Below, one piece after another: positions 20,717 to 63,619 of a stretch of 64,000 nucleotides of DNA. A program made the position numbers and the translations under genes. Every line of letters begins with the position of its first letter. Position 1 is the stretch's first letter. This DNA comes from Macrostomum lignano (taxonomy: Eukaryota), in NCBI GenBank assembly GCA_002269645.1, contig NIVC01001567.1, positions 186,001-250,000 on the forward strand, in the 5' to 3' direction. The notes under the pieces were generated by a model. It worked only from the letters and a program-made list of their open reading frames with translations, did not search any database and was not told where the DNA came from.

Positions 20717-21157
20717 TTTCGATGAAAAACTTCGTTTTGTCTTAATTTATTTTATCATGTTTTGTGTATATTTTATTATTATTAGGTTGCATAAAAATAT
20801 CACGCCACTCTGTGTGACCCTTCTGTAGATGCATTCATTGTGCTCCAAGCCTAGGGCTGAGTGAAGTGGTGTGGGTGGGGGGGCTTCTAGGTAAAATAGA
20901 ATTTCTATGAATGCAATTAGTATTGTAGCGTGCATATTCTATCTGTCTGTTAAAAGGGGGTGAGAAATAATTTTAGGCTGACTGGGTGCACAGATTGCCC
21001 TGTGAAGGTAGAGAGCGTTACCTTGACTACCCAGTGTGAAAATTGTATGATTATATATCACATTCTTTGACATTTTTCTTGCATCTTTTTCTAGTCGACC
21101 GTTGGAAAGAGGCCGCGGTTTTTAAATAGTATCAAATTATAATCATCAATATATAAG

Positions 21158-22336
21158 ATGGATGCCGCTTGGATTGTTGATCGGGTCAGTCACGCCTACG
21201 ATTTCTACTTGTGGACTCTGACTAGAGCTGGTAAGACTGCTATACCTTGTGTCCTTTGGTGTGCTGCTGGACCTTGTGTCCTTTAGTGGGCTGCTGGACC
21301 TTGTGTCCTTTGGTGTGCTGCTGGACCTTGTGTCCTTTGGTGTGCTGCCGGACCTTGTGTCCTTTAGTGGGCTGCTGGACCTTGGGGGTCCTTTGGTGGG
21401 CTGCTGGACCCTGTGATCCTTTGGTGTGCTGCCAGACCTTGTGTCCTTTGGTGTGCTGCCAGACCTTGTGTCCTTTGGTGTGCTGCCAGACCTTGTGTCC
21501 TTTGGTGTGCTGCCAGACCTTGTGTCCTTTGGTGTGCTGCTAGACCTTGTGTCCTTTGTTGTGCTGCCAGACCTTGTGTTCTTTGGTGTGCTGCTAGACC
21601 TTGTGTCCTTTGGTGGCCTGCCAGACCTTAGGGGGTCCTTTGGTGTGCTGCCAGACCTTGGGGGGTCCTTTAGTGGGCTGCTAGATCTTGGGGTCCTTTG
21701 GTGTGCTGCTGGACCTTGTGGTCCTTTGGTGTGCTGCTAGACCCTGTGGTCCTTTGGTGGGCTGCTATACCCTGTGGTCCTTTGGTGGGCTGCTATACCC
21801 TGTGGTCCTTTGGTGGGCTGCTAGACCTTGTGGTGCATATTGTTCGTACTGAAAGTACGCACTACCTCTCTGCGGACCTCAAAAGTCATAGCCAGTATTT
21901 TTGTTCTAACTAAAATCACACACCGGCAGACAAGCGCGTGGAGCGATGGTTTCTGATGCAGGACTACTGGCCCACCTGGGCACTCATGTTTCTGTACCTG
22001 TTTGCCGTGCACTTCGGCAAGAAGTTCATGGCCAACAGGGAGCCGTTCTCGCTGCGGTGGCCGCTCATCATTTACAATGCCGCCCTAGTGTTGCTTAACT
22101 TTCACATCTTCTGGGAGGTGAGACTCTTGCTCGGGCTGGCGTTTTTGCTGACTGCTGTTCTGGACAGATGGGCCGCATTGCTGGCTCTTGGGAACCGTGC
22201 AATGAAGGGCAGGCACTAAGACAGACCAACTAAAACAGGCCGACAGACACTAAGACATGCAGACAGACAGACATACATACAAACGGTCAGACGGACAAGA
22301 CACTAAGACACTAAAACAGACACTAAAACAGACACT

Positions 22337-22378
<42 letters not shown>

Positions 22379-24114
22379 CAGATCGTAAGAAATCAGTATT
22401 TACAAAGTAATAAAGCGCTTGGGCAGTATAAAGTATCCAGTGTGAGGATAGCACGGCTCACTGTCAGGCACAGGTGAGCTGTAATCTCATCAACCCTGCC
22501 GCCATCACCAGCTGTTTTACTGCTCATATATGCGCGGCTACAGCTACCTGTGCCAGCACCTGGACTACTCTGAGGATCCCTACGAAATGCGCATTGCCAA
22601 GGCCCTGTGGTGGTACTACTTCTCCAAGTGTATCGAGTTCATGGACACTATTTTCTTTGTATTGCGCAAGAAGAACCATTTAATCAGCTTCCTGCACGTG
22701 TACCATCACGCCACTATGTTCCCGCTGTGGTGGATCGGAGTCAAGTGGGTGGCAGGCGGCCAGACCTTTGTAGGCGCCATGATCAACTCTTTTGTGCACG
22801 TGGTTATGTACACCTACTACGGTCTGTGCGCTGTCGGCGAGTCCGTGCAGAAGTATCTGTGGTGGAAGCGGTACCTCACTAGGATGCAGCTAGTGCGTTT
22901 GCCTCTGTGTGGTGTGCTATCAGCCTCCCAGATCCCCAGTTGCTGGGCCAGCTTCCCAGAGTGTCAGTTGCTGGGCCAGCCTCCCAGATCCCCAGTTGCT
23001 GGGCCAGCTTCCCAGAGTGTCAGTTGCTGGACCAGCCTCCCAGACCCCCAGTTGCTGGGCCAGCCTCCCAGACCCCCAGTTACTGGGCCAGCCTCCTAAA
23101 CCCCCAGTTGCTGGGCCAGCCTCCCAGACCCCCAGTTGCTGGGCCAGCCTCCCAAACCCCCAGTTGCTGGGCCAGCCTCCCAAACCCCCAGTTGCTGGGC
23201 CAGCCTCCCAGACCCCCAGTTGCTGGGCCAGCCTCCCAGACCCCCAGTTGCTGGGCCAGCCTCCCAGACCCCCAGTTGCTGGGCCAGCCTCCCAGACCCC
23301 CAGTTGCTGGGCCAGCCTCCCAAACCCCCAGTTGCTGGGCCAGCCTCCCAAACCCCCAGTTGCTGGGCCAGCCTCCCAAATCCAGTTGCTGGGCCAGCCT
23401 CCCAGATCCCCAGTTGCTGGGCCAGCCTCCCAAATCCAGTTGCTGGGCCAGCCTCCCAAATCCAGTTGCTGGGCCAGCCTCCCAAACCCTCAGTTGCTGG
23501 GCCAGCCTCCCAAATCCAGTTGCTGGGCCAGCCTCCCAGACCCCCAGTTGCTGGGCCAGCTTCCCAAACCCCCAGTTTCTGGGCCAGCCTCCCAAACCCT
23601 CAGTTGCTGGGCCAGCCTCCCAAATCCAGTTGCTGGGCCAGCCTCCCAGATCCCCAGTTGCTGGGCCAGCCTCCCAAACCCTCCGTTGCTGGGCCAGCCT
23701 CTCAAATCCAGTTGCTGGGCCAGCCTCCCAAACCCTCCGTTGCTGGGCCAGCCTCTCAAATCCAGTTGCTGGGCCAGCCTCCCAAACCCCCAGTTGCTGG
23801 GCCAGCCTCCCAGTCCCCAGTCAGCCCGCAGCAGTCGCAACGCATCCCTCCAACATCCCTCCCCACAGATCCAGTTCTTCATCGGCATGGTGATGGGCAG
23901 CCACTCGCTGCTGACTGGCTGCGGCGCGGTGCCCATCTGGATGGAGTACGGGGCCATGTTCTACGGCATGTCCATGATTGTCCTGTTCGCCAACTTCTAC
24001 TACCAAGAATACGTATCCAGGACCAACGCCAACAAGAAGAGGCCGGCCGTCAATGGCGCTAGCAACGGGTTCGCTGCGTCTCATCACCATAGCAACGGGA
24101 AGAAAACAGATTAG
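21158..24114 (+). CDS. ELOVL: Elongation of very long chain fatty acids protein (ELOVL4-like), 295 aa
   Basis: join(21158..21230,21930..22117,22512..22892,23869..24114); GT-AG introns with consistent phases. Motifs [39 protein letters not shown] (HxxHH), [37 protein letters not shown] and a C-terminal ER-retention-like KKTD. Confidence 0.95.
21246..21830 (+). repeat. ~27-30-bp minisatellite (CCTTGTGTCCTTTGGTGTGCTGCTGGA) in ELOVL intron 1
   Basis: Tandem copies. Confidence 0.9.
22250..22380 (+). repeat. (GACA)n-rich microsatellite in ELOVL intron 2
   Basis: Direct observation. Confidence 0.8.
22920..23815 (+). repeat. ~20/29-bp minisatellite (CAGTTGCTGGGCCAGCCTCCCAGA..) in ELOVL intron 3
   Basis: Tandem copies; same family as the array in NMT intron 2. 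Confidence 0.9.
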
Positions 24115-25074
24115 GCGATTTTTTAAATGCAAAATCAAAAGCCATCTCTCTCTATATAGCAACATTCTGGCAACAAGGCAACTGCGTGCGTAGCAAAGTT
24201 TGACTTTTTCACTGATTTCTTTTATTGATTAGCTGCTAATATAAAACAGAGATGCAAATTGCTGATATGATTCGCTGTAGTCTTTGTTTTCCTTGCTTCT
24301 GTTTGCTGCTTATCGCTTCCTTTCTCGCTTCCTTTAATGTATGCCACGTGCTTTAATTTTCACATTTGCGTTTTTTATTACGCGCACCTCTAAGTTTGAG
24401 TTTAGTAATCTCAATTTTATTGTCTGTTTTTAAGACCAAAAAAAATTTTTTTTCATTTCTTTATTGCACAGATTTTGTGTTGTTTTTTCAATTTTAACAA
24501 TACTTTTTTACTTTTAGAGGCACCATGTCGTACGGTACTACTTATATAAGAGTAGCTGTTTTGTCCTATCACAGCTGGAACGATTTTGAATATGATAATA
24601 AATGCATTATAGTATAACTCTGACTCTGTCAGGTCGTGTTTTGTAGTTTGAATTTCTGAAGTATATTATTCTTATTTACTTTATTAAAAAATCGATAAAA
24701 TTCAAATAATACCCCTATGAGTAGCGCAAAATCAGAGAAAATTCCGATTTGGTTCTACAAAATCAATATTAGGTTTTTGTTTTTTACGAGTATATCACAC
24801 TTTGCCTTTCGCTACCAAGCGTTGACTAATTTTGATACTAAATTTAATCAACAAACATTCGTAATTCCACGACTTGCTGATATGAAAAATAAATGTTTAA
24901 ATTTTACTGACGAGTTTTTATGTTAGACCTTTTCCTAGATATCGCCTGCGGCATTGGACCATTTGTGTGTTGAATTATTTCAGGTCTGAGTCTTTGGAAA
25001 ACTTACCTCTGAAGTACAGGTATTGTGGATTGAGCGACCCCTTTGACCCCTTTAGTACCTCTGAAGCATTGGGT

Positions 25075-25650
25075 GGTGTGACAGTACCTCTCTGAAGCAG
25101 CATCTGGAGGTGTGACAGTACCCCCTGAAGCATCATCTGGGGGTGTGACAGTACCCCCTGAAGCATCATCTACAGATGTGACAGTACCCCCTGAAGCATC
25201 ATCTAGAGGTGTGACGGTACCCCCTGAAGCATCATCTGGGGGTGTGACAGTACCCCCCTGAAGCACCATCTGGGTGTGACAGTACCCCCTGAAGCACTAT
25301 CTGGAGGTGTGACAGTACCCCCTGAAGCATCATTTGGAGGTGTGACAGTACCCCCTGAAGCATCATCTGGGGGTGTGACAGTACCCCCTGAAGCATCATT
25401 TGGAGGTGTGACAGTACCCCCTGAAGCATCATCTACAGGTGTGACAGTACCCCCTGCAGCATCATTTGGATGTGTGACAGTACCACCTGAAGCATCATTT
25501 GGAGGTGTGACAGTACCCCCTGAAGCATCATCTACAGGTGTCACAGTACCCCATGAAGCATCATCTAGAGGTGTGACGGTACCCCCTGAAGCATTGGGAG
25601 GTGACGGTATTCCCTGAAGCATTTAGAGGTGTGACAGTACCCCCTGAAGT
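25075..25650 (+). repeat. 33-bp minisatellite (GTGTGACAGTACCCCCTGAAGCATCATCTGGAG)
   Basis: Tandem copies between ELOVL and the PanK-like gene. Confidence 0.9.
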
Positions 25651-26024
25651 ATCAGCAGATGCTTGCGATTGTGTAAGCAGAAGCGCAGTCTCACTGTAAT
25701 CATAGAAAGTTGGTGACACTTCACTTCTGCGGAAAGACTTACGCGCTCGTACAAGTGGGTGCTGCGAATGTACATATTGTAGACTTTGCATGTACATCAT
25801 TCGCTGTTGATAAGAAAAAGAATTGTGTTGTGACACTCGCTAATAAGTTATCTAATCTGTATTGCTTCAATGCTGCGAGTCTCTTTCAAACATTTTGCAG
25901 CTATCTGCTGCTCAAGGTTGACTTCTTAAACCGATTCCTGTGCTAACCTGAAGTTCTGAACTCAGTTTGTAAAATTTCATGCTTTTTATAGCTTTTGTTG
26001 ATCACACAGATTTCGAGATCAGTC

Positions 26025-29522
<3,498 letters not shown>

Positions 29523-29744
29523 GGCGGCGGCCAGCTGGCTTTCAACGAAACCGACGTCTGCGAATTCTCTAGCTGGGCTGACTTTTGCAACTTCGAGTAG
29601 ATTAATCAAGCTGATAGTTGACTAAAACGGCCCATTTTAGGGTTAAATATTTTCAACTATGACTGTAGTGAAATTTGCAGCTCGTTGTACGAAGTTAAAG
29701 AAAACTTTTTACTCTAAGAGTTTATGAATTTTACGAACTAACTG

Positions 29745-30135
29745 CACTGCACTAGACCTGCACTCATGCTGACACTAGACTTGCACTCACTGACACTAGA
29801 CCTGCACTCACTGACACTAGACCTGCACTCATGCTGACACTAGACCTGCACTCACTGACACTAGACCTGCACTCACTGACACTAGACCTGCACTCATGCT
29901 GACACTAGACCTGCACTCACTGACACTAGACCTGCACTCACTGACACTAGACCTGCACTCACTGACACTAGACCTGCATTCACTCACTCACTGACACTAG
30001 ACCTGCACTCACTGACACTAGACCTGCACTCACTGACACTAGACCTGCACTCACTGACACTAGACCTGCACTCACTGACACTAGACCTGCACTCACTGAC
30101 ACTAGACCTGCACTCACTGACACTAGACGTGCACT
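29745..30135 (+). repeat. 21-bp minisatellite (CTGACACTAGACCTGCACTCA)
   Basis: Tandem copies. Confidence 0.9.
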
Positions 30136-30249
30136 CACTTGTGCCCTTTTTTCCCTCGTTCCCCGCCCCAACCCTTCCAGTCTGCCCCATCCCTCCATTT
30201 TTCTCAGTCAATAATCAATGCGTACGCTGATCACGCCACCTGGCACCTT

Positions 30250-30897
30250 GACATCTACTCAGACATCTACTCAGACATCTACTCAGATATCTACTCAGAT
30301 ATCTACTCAGACATCTACTCAGACATCTACTCAGATATCTACTCAAACATTTACTCAGACATCTACTCAGACATCTACTCAGACATCTACTCAGACATTT
30401 ACTCAAACATCTACTCAGATATCTACTCAGACATCTACTCAGATATTTACTCAGACATCTACTTAGACATCTACTCAAACATTTACTCAAACATCTACTC
30501 AGATATCTACTCAGACATCTACTCAGATATTTACTCAGACATCTACTCAGACATCTACTCAAACATTTACTCAAACATCTACTCAGATATCTACTCAGAC
30601 ATCTACTCAGATATTTACTCAGACATCTACTCAGACATCTACTCAAACATTTACTCAAACATCTACTCAGATATCTACTCAGACATCTACTCAGATATTT
30701 ACTCAGACATCTACTCAGACATCTACTCAAACATTTACTCAAACATCTACTCAGATATCTACTCAGACATCTACTCAGATATTAACTCATACATCTACTC
30801 AGACATCTACTCAGACATCTACTCAGACATCTACTCAGATATTTACTCAGACATCTACTCAGACATCTACTCAGACATCTACTTAAATATCTACTCA
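30250..30897 (+). repeat. 12-bp minisatellite (GACATCTACTCA)
   Basis: Tandem copies; the source of the spurious 'SDIY' ORF. Confidence 0.95.
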
Positions 30898-31957
30898 ATT
30901 TTTGTTCACAAGCCCCAAATGAACGCTGGGCTGCTCTGCGCCAAGCCACATCGATGTCAAGGAAATTTGGCCAGAGAAATTCTGCCCTACTTCTGTTACC
31001 AAGTGTCACTTACAGCCGGTCTCAACGGGTCTCAGGCCATCTGCCGCTGCAAGCCTCCAAACACAAACACGCAGACGTTCGGATGTCGCATTTCCTGCCC
31101 AATTTCCTTTGTCAAACAGGCTTGAAAACTGGCCTGCCAAAAGCCGTGGGTGTTGCTTGAGAAACCGATCCAACGGCTGTTTTGAAATTTCTTTCGTTTC
31201 CGACTGCGGGGCTTGTTGAAAGTGCAAAAGTTAAACGGCAAGATGCAAAAGCAGTATTAATATTAGATGTGAAAACTGAAATTCCATCTGCTCAAGCGTG
31301 CTCAAGTCCTACCCACTCACTTCCTCTCTTTCTTTTGTCGTCTCCTGCCTCAAGCGTGCACCCTAAATTCCTTTTTTTAATTCCTTCATCCTTCCTCTTC
31401 AGCCTGGTGTGGGTTGAGGCGCTGCGAAAGAATGAGACAGTTATTGCCCCTCAGCCGCGGTGCTCAGGGTGTGGCGCGATGGCTGAGGGGATGACGTGGG
31501 GGAAAACTGATGCACTTGGCAACCCGCAGGCAAAAGTTTTGCTTTCAGACCTCAAGCCCTGCTCCCCTGTAAAAGTTCTTTCTTAAGTGCTTGGAGAGGC
31601 TTAAATTCCCAAATAGCAGAGTGTCCCAGCCTCCCTCAATATCCTGGGACCCCCCGGGCATTCAGTCTCTGAGCTGTTTACTGAGGCATTGAGATGGACC
31701 AGGAATGAATTTTAATTATTTATGGAGAGGCTTCAAGATCAAGCCGAGCAGTCTCGGGGCAGACTTGAGGCAGAGCTGCGGGGAGACAGGTGGGTGGTCT
31801 GCGGCCCGCGTGCTTCCCTGAGACACTTTTGCTTTTATGTTGTACTTTCTGGCTAGCGACTCCGAGGCTCCTGGCTGGGACTCAAACTTGATGAATCACT
31901 TTCTGCAGTTCAGTGAGCTGGCGATTGCTGGGTCATGAAGAGGAATTCAATGGTTAC

Positions 31958-32269
<312 letters not shown>

Positions 32270-32322
32270 CTGTCTAATTTATCTTATCTAGTTAACTATT
32301 TCGTCTGTCTCCGAAACAAAGT

Positions 32323-34138
32323 CTCCGAAACAACGACAAAATTGTCACTAAGCCTGCAGATAAGGGCAGCAACATGGTCATCCTAAACCTCGAAGACTAC
32401 ATCCGTGAAGTGAATAGACAACTTTCTAACACGACTTTTTACCAGCCTGTGGACTCAGCTTCAAGCACTCACACGGGTTCTCTGATCAAGCAGATCTTTC
32501 AAGAACTGAAGGAGCAAAAGCTAATTACAAACCACCAATACTTCCAGCTTATTCCACCTCTTGAACCTCGCGATCGGATTTTCTATTTGCTCCCAAAGAT
32601 CCACAAGGATCCTAAATCATGGCCGATTCCCACAATCCCACCCGGACGGCCGATTGTCTCCGACTGCAACTCCGAAAGCTACATGAGCGCAAGGTTTATC
32701 GACCTCTTTCTACAACCGATTGCCAAGGAACAGGACTCTTTCATCCGCGACACCGATCACTTCCAAGCGGTCATTGACGGTTTGTACTTTGCTAAGGAGG
32801 ACAGTGTCCTCTTGGCTACAATGGACGTTGAGTCCCTTTACACAAACATCCCAACCGAGAGAGGTATGGATGCAGTGAGGGACGCTTTTCAAAAGTTCCC
32901 AGCGCCGACAAGGCCAGACCGACAGCTGCTTGACCTCTTAGACATTAACCTTAACCAGAATGATTTCGTCTTCAATAACAAGCGGTATCTGCAGATCGAG
33001 GGCACTAGCATGGGGAAAGCCTTTGCACCCTCCTACGCCAACATCTTTATGGCGGACTGGGAGTCTAGAGCCCTGGAAACCGCACCTTTTGCTCCTCGAC
33101 TGTATAAACGCTATATTGACGACGTCTTCATGGTCTTCGTTGGCGAGGAGTCGCAGCTGGAGGAGCTGCACAGACACCTGAATGGCTTCGATAGTAACAT
33201 TCGGCTCACTTTGAACTACAGCCGTGAAAAAGTTCACTTTCTTGACTGCTACGTTTCTCTGACTGATGAAGGGGACATGAAAAGGCTGAATTGCTCAATC
33301 TATTCTAAGCCCACCGACTCTCGCCAACCCTTAGACCCGTCCTCATTCCATCCCAAACACACCTTCAAGGGGATCATGAAATCCCGATTTCTCCGCTACG
33401 CACGTCGATGCACATTCAAGGCAGATTTTGATGAGGCTAGCAGCAGTCTGTTGGGCATCCTAAAGAGACAAGGACACTCAGTTCGGTTGATCCGAGACGC
33501 TAAGAAATCCGCCCTTACCCAGCTGGGGTTCTACACCGACTGGCAATGGGAGTTCGACTTTCAAGATTGCGGCATTCAAAGCTGCTACTTATGCAAAGAA
33601 CACAGCCAATGGGGCCAAGTCTGTCCAGGCTCAAAGTCTACGAAAATGATCTACAGAACCTGCCGGAAAGTCAGCTGTGACTCTCGAAACGCTGTCTATG
33701 CAATTCTTTGAAAAGCCTGCAGCGGCCACTGTGTCTACATAGGCGAGACGGGTGGAGCTCTAAAAGTTAGGCTCATGGCCCACCTGAGCGACATTAGACT
33801 CGCTAAAGACACCCGGTCTCAAGACATTTCTGCTCGTTTAACCACAACATTAAAGATCTCCGCTTCATGGGACTGTGGTAATCAACTTGCTGAGCACTTG
33901 GACACCTGCTGGTCTCAACACAGCTGACAGTAGCAGAAGTGCTTGCATTCCGATTGTGATTCCATTCACGGACCACTCCGCCAATATTGTACACAAAATA
34001 CGCACAACCATCTCTGAGCATGCACGAGAGCTAAGCACGGTGGCTGCGTACACCAGGTCACGCTCTCTTAAGGACATTCTCTGTCCGTCCAAACTGCCTG
34101 CCCTAATCAATAACACAAATGAACCACCTTTCGGGTGA
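32323..34138 (+). pseudogene. PLE RT-EN ORF disrupted by 5' truncation, an in-frame TGA, a frameshift and a probable deletion
   Basis: ORF track 32374..33711 and 33875..34138, plus the motifs read in the intervening frames. Confidence 0.8.
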
Positions 34139-34295
34139 ATAATTGTACATGCAGAGCTAGATCGCCAACGTGCCGGTTCGGCACCCTGCTCAACCAACTT
34201 ATGCTTTTATACCTGCTCAAATTTACTAACTCTTCACTTTTCACTTTTTTAATTAGCTTTTTTTTGGATTTTTGTTGTTATTAAATAAATAATTA

Positions 34296-34334
34296 AACCC
34301 TGAAGAAGGCCTAGCCTAGGCCGAAATATCGGTT
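34296..34334 (+). ncRNA. Minimal type I hammerhead ribozyme in the PLE 3' UTR
   Basis: AACC (stem I)-CTGAAGA-A-GGCCTA GCC TAGGCC (stem II)-GAAA-TATC^-GGTT (stem I'). Very short stem III, as in PLE-associated minimal HHRs; AATAAA follows immediately. Confidence 0.75.
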
Positions 34335-34439
34335 CCAATAAACCTAGTCGAACTGTGTGCGTGGATTTTTCCTTTGCTTTCATATCTATCTATCTATCTA
34401 TCTGTCTAATTATCTAATCTATTTAACTATTTCGTCTGT

Positions 34440-34608
34440 CCTACTGTCTGTCTCACTGTCTGTCTGTCTGTGTGTCTGTCTGTGTGTCTGTCTGTCTGTC
34501 TGTCTGTGTGTCTGTCTGTGTGTCTGTCTGTGTGTCTGTCTGTGTGTCTGTCTGTGTGTCTGTCTGTCTGTCTGTCTGTGTGTCTGTCTGTCTATGTGTC
34601 TGTCTGTG

Positions 34609-34660
<52 letters not shown>

Positions 34661-34746
34661 CCTGTCTGTCTGTCTGAATGTCTGTCTGTCTGTCTGTCTG
34701 TCCCTGTCTGTCTGTCTGACTGTCTGTCTGTCTGTCTGTCTGTCCC

Positions 34747-34786
<40 letters not shown>

Positions 34787-34812
34787 CCTGTCTGTCTGTC
34801 TGACTGTCTGTC
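34440..34812 (+). repeat. (GTCT)n/(GTGTGTCTGTCT)n microsatellite
   Basis: Direct observation. Confidence 0.95.
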
Positions 34813-35214
34813 TTTAACCTGCCTGTTCGCTGATATCCAATCAGATCGCAGCAGCAGAGCAGTTCGCCCTGCAGTCTCACCTAACGCGTTCCTCCTCTAT
34901 CACCATTGGCCCAGTTTGGAGCAGGCGTAGCTTGAGGTCGAGTCATGGAAAATACTATTTATGACAGCTTGCCAACGCGCGGGTCTTGACTGCTTCCAGT
35001 TTCTCTACTGACTTTTTAAAGATTTTCAAAGCTTCGAAAGCTTTTCTCGCAATGGTTCTGGTGGTTGAAGACTCCCGTTTGATGGTGGCCGCTAGCCGCT
35101 CTTTTCATCGGGTAAGAATTTTTTGCTATACAAACTGAGTTTGCTGTGTTGATAGAGTTGACACGCAGCCCGACAGCTCACAGATTCAGCCTGTATGATT
35201 CACCGCCCGACCCG

Positions 35215-35799
35215 ATGCTTCAGCCGCGCCCCCTGTCGCAGTCGGTGAACAACCACGCGCCCGCGGCAGCCCGACCCCGGCAGACCCTCCGCCCAGTGCC
35301 GAACTCCGCAGCCGCCGCGGCCGCTGAACCCGCGGCGCACTTCTCCGAGTCCATCTGCATCGGACCAGACCGACCTACCGGCTCCTCAGAGTCAGGAGGC
35401 GTCTCCACGACCACGGAATCCACTCTGCTGCACAACAGCCGGCTGTTCCAGCAGGAAGTCCGGCTGCAGCTGCAGCCGCAGGCGCTGGTGACCCGCCGGT
35501 TGCAGCTGATGACGACTCCCGACGGCCGGACGGTCACCCGGCAGAGTGTCGCCTACGGGCCGCGCTGGGTGGAGACCGGCCGGTCGCAGGCCGAGCGCGT
35601 CGACCACGACGCCGCGCCGCTGCTGTTCTTCACCAGCCGCGTGAGCCGGGGCGGCACGCGTCGGCAGTTCCGCTGCGAGCTGAGCTTGCCGAGGCTGAAG
35701 ACTTTGAGCAGCGCGGACACCCAGCTGGCTAAGGGATACTTGAGCACATTCGAAAGCAGAGAAGTCACCTGTGCGAGCGGTTCTTCATGCTCAACGTGA
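35215..35799 (+). CDS. Uncharacterised 194-aa protein; weak resemblance to refilin (FAM101)
   Basis: GC-rich, non-repetitive stop-free frame with GC3-biased codons like the neighbouring exons. An upstream exon/intron is suggested by CGG|GTAAG at 35112 and CACAG at 35179-35183. Start codon uncertain. Confidence 0.55.
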   Translation: MLQPRPLSQSVNNHAPAAARPRQTLRPVPNSAAAAAAEPAAHFSESICIGPDRPTGSSESGGVSTTTESTLLHNSRLFQQEVRLQLQPQALVTRRLQLMTTPDGRTVTRQSVAYGPRWVETGRSQAERVDHDAAPLLFFTSRVSRGGTRRQFRCELSLPRLKTLSSADTQLAKGYLSTFESREVTCASGSSCST

Positions 35800-35951
35800 A
35801 TAACAATGAGGCCACGGTGCCGCTGTCCGTGTTCAGGATGATCACAGGAGACTCGGCGAGCCAGAAGCAGCAAAGGCAGCAGCAACCGAAGCAGAAGCGG
35901 CAGAAACTCTGCGCCTCAGCTGCGCCGCGGCTGGAACTGAAGGCGTCATGA

Positions 35952-35964
35952 CTGACTGTCTGCC

Positions 35965-36029
<65 letters not shown>

Positions 36030-36096
36030 GCCTGCCTGCCTGTCTGTCTGTGTGTCTGTCTGTCTGTCTGTCTTAGTGTCTGACTGACTGACTGAC

Positions 36097-36136
<40 letters not shown>

Positions 36137-36162
36137 AGAGTGTCTGTCTGTCTGTCTGTCTG
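35952..36162 (+). repeat. (GTCT)n microsatellite
   Basis: Direct observation. Confidence 0.95.
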
Positions 36163-36787
36163 TTTGCATTTTGACATTATCCTAATTAAGTCTGCACTTA
36201 CACTTCTAAAACTTTATTGACAGTGAATTTAAGAAACGATGTCTTGAACGAGTCCATGGGAGCAGCTAATGAGCATGCAATGGCATTAAGCATGAATTCG
36301 TGTAGCACATGTGTCCTGAAATATAATTATTTTCCTAAACTTAACTACGCTTGTCAAATATTTACTCTTTTTAGCGTCTTCTTTTAAAGAGGTATAACTT
36401 TAACAACACATAAAATTAGATAAAATTAAAATGACAACTGTCCATAATGCCTTACTGATGAATGAATATCAGTAGTAAACTGCGAATATTGCAGTCTTGA
36501 TATGCAATAAACAGAATATTTCTCGCTATTGCTGTCTGCCAATGAAGAGGAGGCAAATTCGTCAGCCAATCAGAGATCTTCAAATAGAGGAGCTTTTTGG
36601 AGAATAAAACTCAGTTCCGATAGCTTGAAAATGTTGAGCAGTCACTCCAAACACCATTGCCACTTTGAAGAATGCCGCTATAGCCTGATGCTTTCGAAGC
36701 TCGAGAACCTTCCTACTCTACAGGGTTGATCAAACCCGTTGTTAATTTTTTCATCGGCTGACGAACCACCGGCTGCTCGCAGTCAGG

Positions 36788-63619
<26,832 letters not shown>

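Larger units (their letters stand above)
32307..34440 (+). mobile_element. 5'-truncated, decayed Penelope-like retroelement (RT + GIY-YIG endonuclease)
   Basis: Reading frame open from 32323: KPADKG, YLLPKIHK, PGRPIVS, FIRDT, LATMDVESLYTNIP, QIEGTSMGKAFAPSYANIFM, YKRYIDDVF, VHFLD, YSKPTDS, HPKHTFKGI..SRFLRYARRC. Then C-x4-C-x2-C, VYAIL*KAC..VYIGET..LKVRLMAH (TGA at 33709-33711), a frameshift near 33838, FNHNIKDLRFMGL, and LLSTWTPAGLN to the stop at 34138. Confidence 0.92.

Noticed and set aside
22907-24062. 328-401-aa Pro/Gln-rich ORFs
   Set aside because: Minisatellite in ELOVL intron 3; only 23869-24114 is real coding sequence.
30139-31125. 328-aa SDIY-repeat ORF
   Set aside because: A 12-bp repeat without stops in that frame; no splice or homology support.
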